DNA from: Candidatus Hydrogenedentota bacterium
GTDB taxonomy: Bacteria > Hydrogenedentota > Hydrogenedentia > Hydrogenedentales > SLHB01
DNA length: 64,000 nt
Assembly (NCBI GenBank): GCA_029552745.1
Contig: JAKPDK010000070.1
Span: forward strand, 325,268 to 389,267
Reading direction: 5' to 3'
Of the stretch, positions 60,287 to 64,000 are shown piece after piece. Under the pieces are notes generated by a model that was not told the origin of the DNA, ran no database searches, and was given only the letters and a program-made list of their open reading frames with translations. The position numbers and the translations under genes were made by a program. Positions within the stretch are counted from its first letter, which is position 1, and the number at the start of each line of letters is the position of its first letter.

Positions 60287-61629
60287 TTATATGCTCTTTC
60301 CAATTCGGCATAATACCGTGTCAGGATGGCATCTACTTTCTTTTGGGCTTCTGAAAGGGCATCTTCTGGAGTGAGGTTGTTTAACATGACCCCTTGACAG
60401 AGCGGCTGCAAAATGCTTTCCATTTCCGTAAAACGAACTACGGGAAATAGCCCGCCACTTTCTGTGATTTTGGGGATCTCGTCAAGAAAAGGATTTTCTT
60501 TGACTCTATTTTTCCAATCTTGTGTCTCGTACAACGCTGCCAGGGGAGAGTTGCGATTCAACGTGCGGAGTTTCCACACGGCGTTTTCCAGCCCGCAGTA
60601 GTAAGTGATAAATTTCCACGCTTGCTCGGGATTTGCGGCACTCTTGGGAATGCAAAAAAGGTTTGTCCACGTCATTCCACCTCGTCCGCTTCCGTGGGGA
60701 CCTTGTGGAAAGGACATCATCCCAAATCGCATCTGAGGAGATTGATCCCGAATGACGTTTGCCGACCATGTTCCTCCAATGATCATGGCGGCTTTGCCTT
60801 GCAAGAATAACTGAAAATCTTGGCGTTCTGCCGTAATCGGAAAAGAAACTTGGTCCCGATGCTGAAGGTCTTGCAAGAAATGCATGGCTTCCAGCAAAGG
60901 TACATCGTTAAAAGCACTCTTACGAAAGTCGTCGGAATAGAATTTCCCACCATCTGAATACATCCACGGCAAATAGGCGTAGATGTCGAAACCTGATACG
61001 ATGAAACCCGCTTGTATTACGTTGCCGTCTTTGTCCCTTTTGGTGAGGCGAATGGCGGCCCGCCGAAAATCTTCCCAATTTGAAAACGCATCAGGGGCGG
61101 TGGGAATGCCGGCTTCCTCAAATAGGTCTATGTTATAAAGGATGCAAGAAGCGTCATGTTCTATAGGGATCCCGTAAACATATTCTCCGTCTCTTCCATA
61201 GCGCAATGCGGCCGGTAGCCAAACCGAGTCGGCCATCTCGGGTGTTTTTTCAATGAAGGGGCGCAAGTCCATCAGCACGCCCCTTTCATAAAGGTCGTTT
61301 GCCCAGATAATGGAGGCGTGCAAACAGTCCGGCGGCCTTTTAGCGGCAATACTTGCCATAATCTTCTGAATATACTGAGGTCCGAACGGGATATGCTGAA
61401 ATCGCAGATCTATATTGGGATTCTGTTGCTCAAAGGTTACTTCTACACCTCGGAAGTATTCCTTTGTACTTTCTCCTTCGACGGGACTCCACCAGTCCCA
61501 GACGCGGAGGACATTCTTGTTTGTATCGAAATGGCATCCAACGAGAAAAATAAGAAGGGATATTAAACATCTGTGGATGGAATGAGTATGAGCACGTAAT
61601 CTGGCAGAGCAGTATTCATCCTTTGGCAT
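60283..61629 (-). CDS. ABC transporter substrate-binding lipoprotein (family 1 extracellular solute-binding protein)
   Basis: Lipoprotein signal (LLIFLVGCHFD) plus an SBP_bac_1-like fold. The ORF track runs to 61641 and the start is ambiguous (61629 or 61641). Confidence 0.8.
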   Translation of the reverse strand: MPKDEYCSARLRAHTHSIHRCLISLLIFLVGCHFDTNKNVLRVWDWWSPVEGESTKEYFRGVEVTFEQQNPNIDLRFQHIPFGPQYIQKIMASIAAKRPPDCLHASIIWANDLYERGVLMDLRPFIEKTPEMADSVWLPAALRYGRDGEYVYGIPIEHDASCILYNIDLFEEAGIPTAPDAFSNWEDFRRAAIRLTKRDKDGNVIQAGFIVSGFDIYAYLPWMYSDGGKFYSDDFRKSAFNDVPLLEAMHFLQDLQHRDQVSFPITAERQDFQLFLQGKAAMIIGGTWSANVIRDQSPQMRFGMMSFPQGPHGSGRGGMTWTNLFCIPKSAANPEQAWKFITYYCGLENAVWKLRTLNRNSPLAALYETQDWKNRVKENPFLDEIPKITESGGLFPVVRFTEMESILQPLCQGVMLNNLTPEDALSEAQKKVDAILTRYYAELERAYK

Positions 61630-61759
61630 GGAATGCACCATTGTTTGTTGCGCGTGCCTTGGGAAAACAGATTATACGTTTTCTTTGGAGTTTGAACAAA
61701 GTGTTTTATAATTCCAATACGTTTGGCGCTTTTTGGTACGTTCGGTTAAGAAGTTGAAG

Positions 61760-62140
61760 AGAAGATTTCCCATGAAGGTCATTAAGGGAAAGGCATGGAC
61801 GGATGGCATCCCCGAAGTACGTTTGAGCCATTTACGAGCCCCTTTGAGTAGTCGGGATTGCTCGTTTTCCGTACTACGTCCTATTGCACTGTGGCCCCCT
61901 GACTTTACGAGGAGTGCCGTCAGGCACGATGTGGCAATCCCCTCAGGAAGTTGGGGAGGTCTCTGTCTTTATGAGGTGCCCTCTTATGCTGCGCTGTTGG
62001 TGAGGTTGCTTGGTCGCTCGGGGATTCGCTCCTCGCAATGACAACCGGGCGTATCAGCTTAGTCTTCCTTCTCGATGCAGTGCCAAAGGTTTGCGAACTC
62101 AGGCAATACTTGCGGAGAGCTACGTGGGCATGATAGTGTA
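61760..62140 (+). repeat. copy 2 of the ~375-bp paralogous non-coding element (partner at 49138..49510)
   Basis: Same conserved blocks in the same order and orientation as copy 1. It occupies most of the 560-bp intergenic region upstream of recO. The 102-codon ORF 61733..62041 overlapping it is not conserved in copy 1. Confidence 0.6.
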
Positions 62141-62202
62141 ATACTGTCCGGTCGCCCGCCACTTCGAAGGAGTTTCCCAAATTTCTTGGCCGGGAGACAC
62201 AT

Positions 62203-62916
62203 GTGTCGCAAGAACGTTCAGAAGCCATCGTATTGCGCGGCGTGGATTTCAGCGAGACCAGCCGTATTGTGACATTTTTTTCCCCTCTGAGGGGGCGATT
62301 TTCCTGTATGGCGGCTGGTGCAAGGCGGCCGAAGAGCCCGTTGGGTTCCATATTGGATATCTTCAATCGCGTCGAGATCGTATACTATTGGAAGGAAAAC
62401 CGGGAGGTACAGCGCTTGGCGGAAGCGCAACTCTTGGACAGTTATCCCGGGATAAAGTCTAACGTCCGAAAATCGGTGTTTGCTGCCTTTCCGCTGGAAT
62501 TGGTTTATCATGTCGTCCAACAGAATGAACCGTCCGGGCTGTTATATGAAGTCTTTGTTCGAGGTATGGAGGAAATGAACGATTGGCAAGGGGATCCGCA
62601 AGCCCCCTGTGTATGGCAAGTAATGAGAATCCTCTCAGTAACAGGCTTTGCGCCCAACTTGACGTGTGCTGATAGCTCGGTAGGCTTCTCTTTCGAGCAG
62701 GGGGCGACAAATGATCCGTCGGTTTGGGATAAGATAATTTCGCCGGAGGTTCTTGCTGATTTGCGCATTCTCGCACAGGAGTCGGACCATTGTCCTGGAC
62801 TATCCGATGCACCTGCTGTTTTTGATCTTTTACGCGAGTTTGTTGCAAGACAGGTGGGAAAAGAATTTCGCAGTTTGAGGGTTATCGACCAGGTATTGAA
62901 GACAACAAAAGAATGA
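62203..62916 (+). CDS. recO: DNA repair protein RecO
   Basis: 237 aa. [27 protein letters not shown]... is the RecO N-terminal OB-fold pattern. GTG start with a GGGAGA RBS. Confidence 0.85.
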   Translation: MSQERSEAIVLRGVDFSETSRIVTFFSPLRGRFSCMAAGARRPKSPLGSILDIFNRVEIVYYWKENREVQRLAEAQLLDSYPGIKSNVRKSVFAAFPLELVYHVVQQNEPSGLLYEVFVRGMEEMNDWQGDPQAPCVWQVMRILSVTGFAPNLTCADSSVGFSFEQGATNDPSVWDKIISPEVLADLRILAQESDHCPGLSDAPAVFDLLREFVARQVGKEFRSLRVIDQVLKTTKE

Positions 62917-64000
62917 GCAGCTCACGAGAACACATAAGGAATTTTTGCATTATTGCCCACGTAGATCACGGCAAGTCTACACTTGCTGACAGGATTCTGG
63001 AATTGACAGGGGCTGTGGACCCGCGCAATCTTAAAGAACAGACGCTCGATACCATGGATATCGAGCGGGAACGCGGAATTACCATAAAAGCGGTCGCGGT
63101 TCGACTAACTTACAAGGCGCAAGATGGCCAGACGTATGTCCTGAACCTCATTGACACTCCAGGACACGTCGATTTTTCGTACGAGGTGTCACGAAGTTTG
63201 GCGGCTTGTGAAGGCGCCGTTTTGCTTGTGGATGCCGCACAAGGTGTGGAAGCGCAAACTCTTGCGCATTTTTATCGAGCATTGGAACAGAATCTTGAGA
63301 TCATACCCGTCATAAACAAGATAGACTTACCCAGTGCTGATATTGATTCGTGTCGTCGCCAAATAACCGAGGTGCTTGGTCTGGAAGGAGACGAGGCTAT
63401 TCTTGCGAGCGCCAAAGAGGGTACGGGCACACGGGAGGTGCTCGAGGCGGTAGTCAAAAGGATACCGTCTCCCAAGGGCGATCCGGATGCCCCTTTGCGC
63501 GCCCTTATATTTGATGCGGTATATGATTCTTACCGCGGGGTGATTGTTTACATCCGAATTGTCGACGGGAGAGCAACCAAAGGACAAGAGATTGTGTTCA
63601 TGTCCAGCGGGGATCGGTATGACATTGTGGAACTTGGGGTGTTTCGTCCCGCTCCGGATCCCATGGAATCGCTGGAAACGGGAGAAGTTGGTTATCTCAT
63701 CTGCAATATCAAAACCCTACGTAGCGTGAAAATTGGGGATACGGTGACCGATGTGGCTTCTCCTGCAAAGGATCCTCTGCCGGGGTATGAGCAGATTAAA
63801 CCGGTGGTTTTTTGCGGACTTTACCCGGCGGCGGCAAGTGACTATGAAGAACTCCGCAATGCCCTGGAAAAACTGCAATTGAACGACGCCTCTTTTGTAT
63901 TTCAAGCGGACAATTCCGACGCGTTGGGTTTTGGGTTCCGACTGGGATTTCTCGGCTTGTTACATATGGAGATTATCCAAGAACGCTTAGAAAGGGAGTT
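62913..64000 (+). CDS. lepA: elongation factor 4 (LepA), N-terminal part; the gene continues beyond the window
   Basis: [20 protein letters not shown]...DTPGHVDF... are the GTPase G1-G3 motifs of LepA. The ATG overlaps the recO TGA as ATGA. Confidence 0.9.
   Translation, partial: MSSSREHIRNFCIIAHVDHGKSTLADRILELTGAVDPRNLKEQTLDTMDIERERGITIKAVAVRLTYKAQDGQTYVLNLIDTPGHVDFSYEVSRSLAACEGAVLLVDAAQGVEAQTLAHFYRALEQNLEIIPVINKIDLPSADIDSCRRQITEVLGLEGDEAILASAKEGTGTREVLEAVVKRIPSPKGDPDAPLRALIFDAVYDSYRGVIVYIRIVDGRATKGQEIVFMSSGDRYDIVELGVFRPAPDPMESLETGEVGYLICNIKTLRSVKIGDTVTDVASPAKDPLPGYEQIKPVVFCGLYPAAASDYEELRNALEKLQLNDASFVFQADNSDALGFGFRLGFLGLLHMEIIQERLERE

Noticed and set aside
61733-62041. 102-aa ORF (TTG start) and the antisense 148-aa ORF 61920..62366 inside element copy 2. 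Similarly, ORFs 49157..49357, 49260..49592 and antisense 49257..49826 around copy 1
   Set aside because: No SD sequences. Low-complexity basic translations. The homologous copy carries frame-disrupting indels, so reading frames are not conserved between paralogues.
49138-62140. DGR-style template/variable repeat pair or retron msr/msd as an explanation for the two paralogous elements
   Set aside because: The differences are not adenine-specific, indels are present, no reverse transcriptase gene is in the window, and no flanking a1/a2 inverted repeats are visible.

Overview
64-kb chromosomal segment, roughly 50% GC. It is densely coded with housekeeping and accessory metabolism genes. I could not support any transposase, integrase, phage gene, CRISPR array, or rRNA/tRNA gene from the sequence.

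Gene order, left to right:
- pta (3' end) and ackA.
- A minus-strand sulfur amino acid block: fused metX-metW, a cystathionine gamma-synthase-family PLP enzyme, metY, cysK.
- A hypothetical protein plus an ankyrin lipoprotein, RNase HI, and a large PAS hybrid histidine kinase.
- A D-Ala-D-Ala carboxypeptidase.
- A minus-strand rpe, PASTA protein, rsmB, fmt, ybaB block.
- An olsB/olsA-like aminolipid acyltransferase pair.
- A TetR-controlled RND efflux operon with an outer membrane factor, a membrane fusion protein and the RND pump.
- TrkH, a divergent thymidylate-synthase-family protein next to an ECF sigma factor, two GHMP sugar kinases, a DegT-type sugar aminotransferase, and a receiver-PAS-GGDEF regulator.
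- A leader-controlled operon: a small ORF with an intrinsic terminator, a hypothetical protein, a Cys-rich protein, then a cation:proton antiporter.
- A carbohydrate-use neighbourhood with a NupG-like MFS transporter, a GH2 hydrolase, a Tat-signal Gfo/Idh/MocA oxidoreductase, a HEAT-repeat protein and sugar-phosphate isomerases.
- A complete nine-gene V/A-type ATPase operon in G-I-K-E-C-F-A-B-D order.
- A sugar ABC importer, then recO and lepA (5' part).

Overall the gene content is reminiscent of Planctomycetota/Verrucomicrobiota-type genomes, which is inference only.

The most interesting observations:
1. Two paralogous non-coding elements of about 375 bp lie in the same orientation in two long divergent intergenic regions, one upstream of the V-ATPase operon and one upstream of recO. 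They share conserved blocks around variable cores, which suggests a structured ncRNA or leader family.
2. A promoter, short ORF, and mutually exclusive anti-terminator/terminator arrangement sits upstream of the hypothetical / Cys-rich protein / antiporter operon.
3. A TTGACA promoter followed by an intrinsic terminator sits about 40 nt before the first V-ATPase gene.
4. The V-ATPase proteolipid carries what looks like a complete Na+-binding signature.
5. A divergent ThyA-family protein lies directly downstream of the ECF sigma factor.
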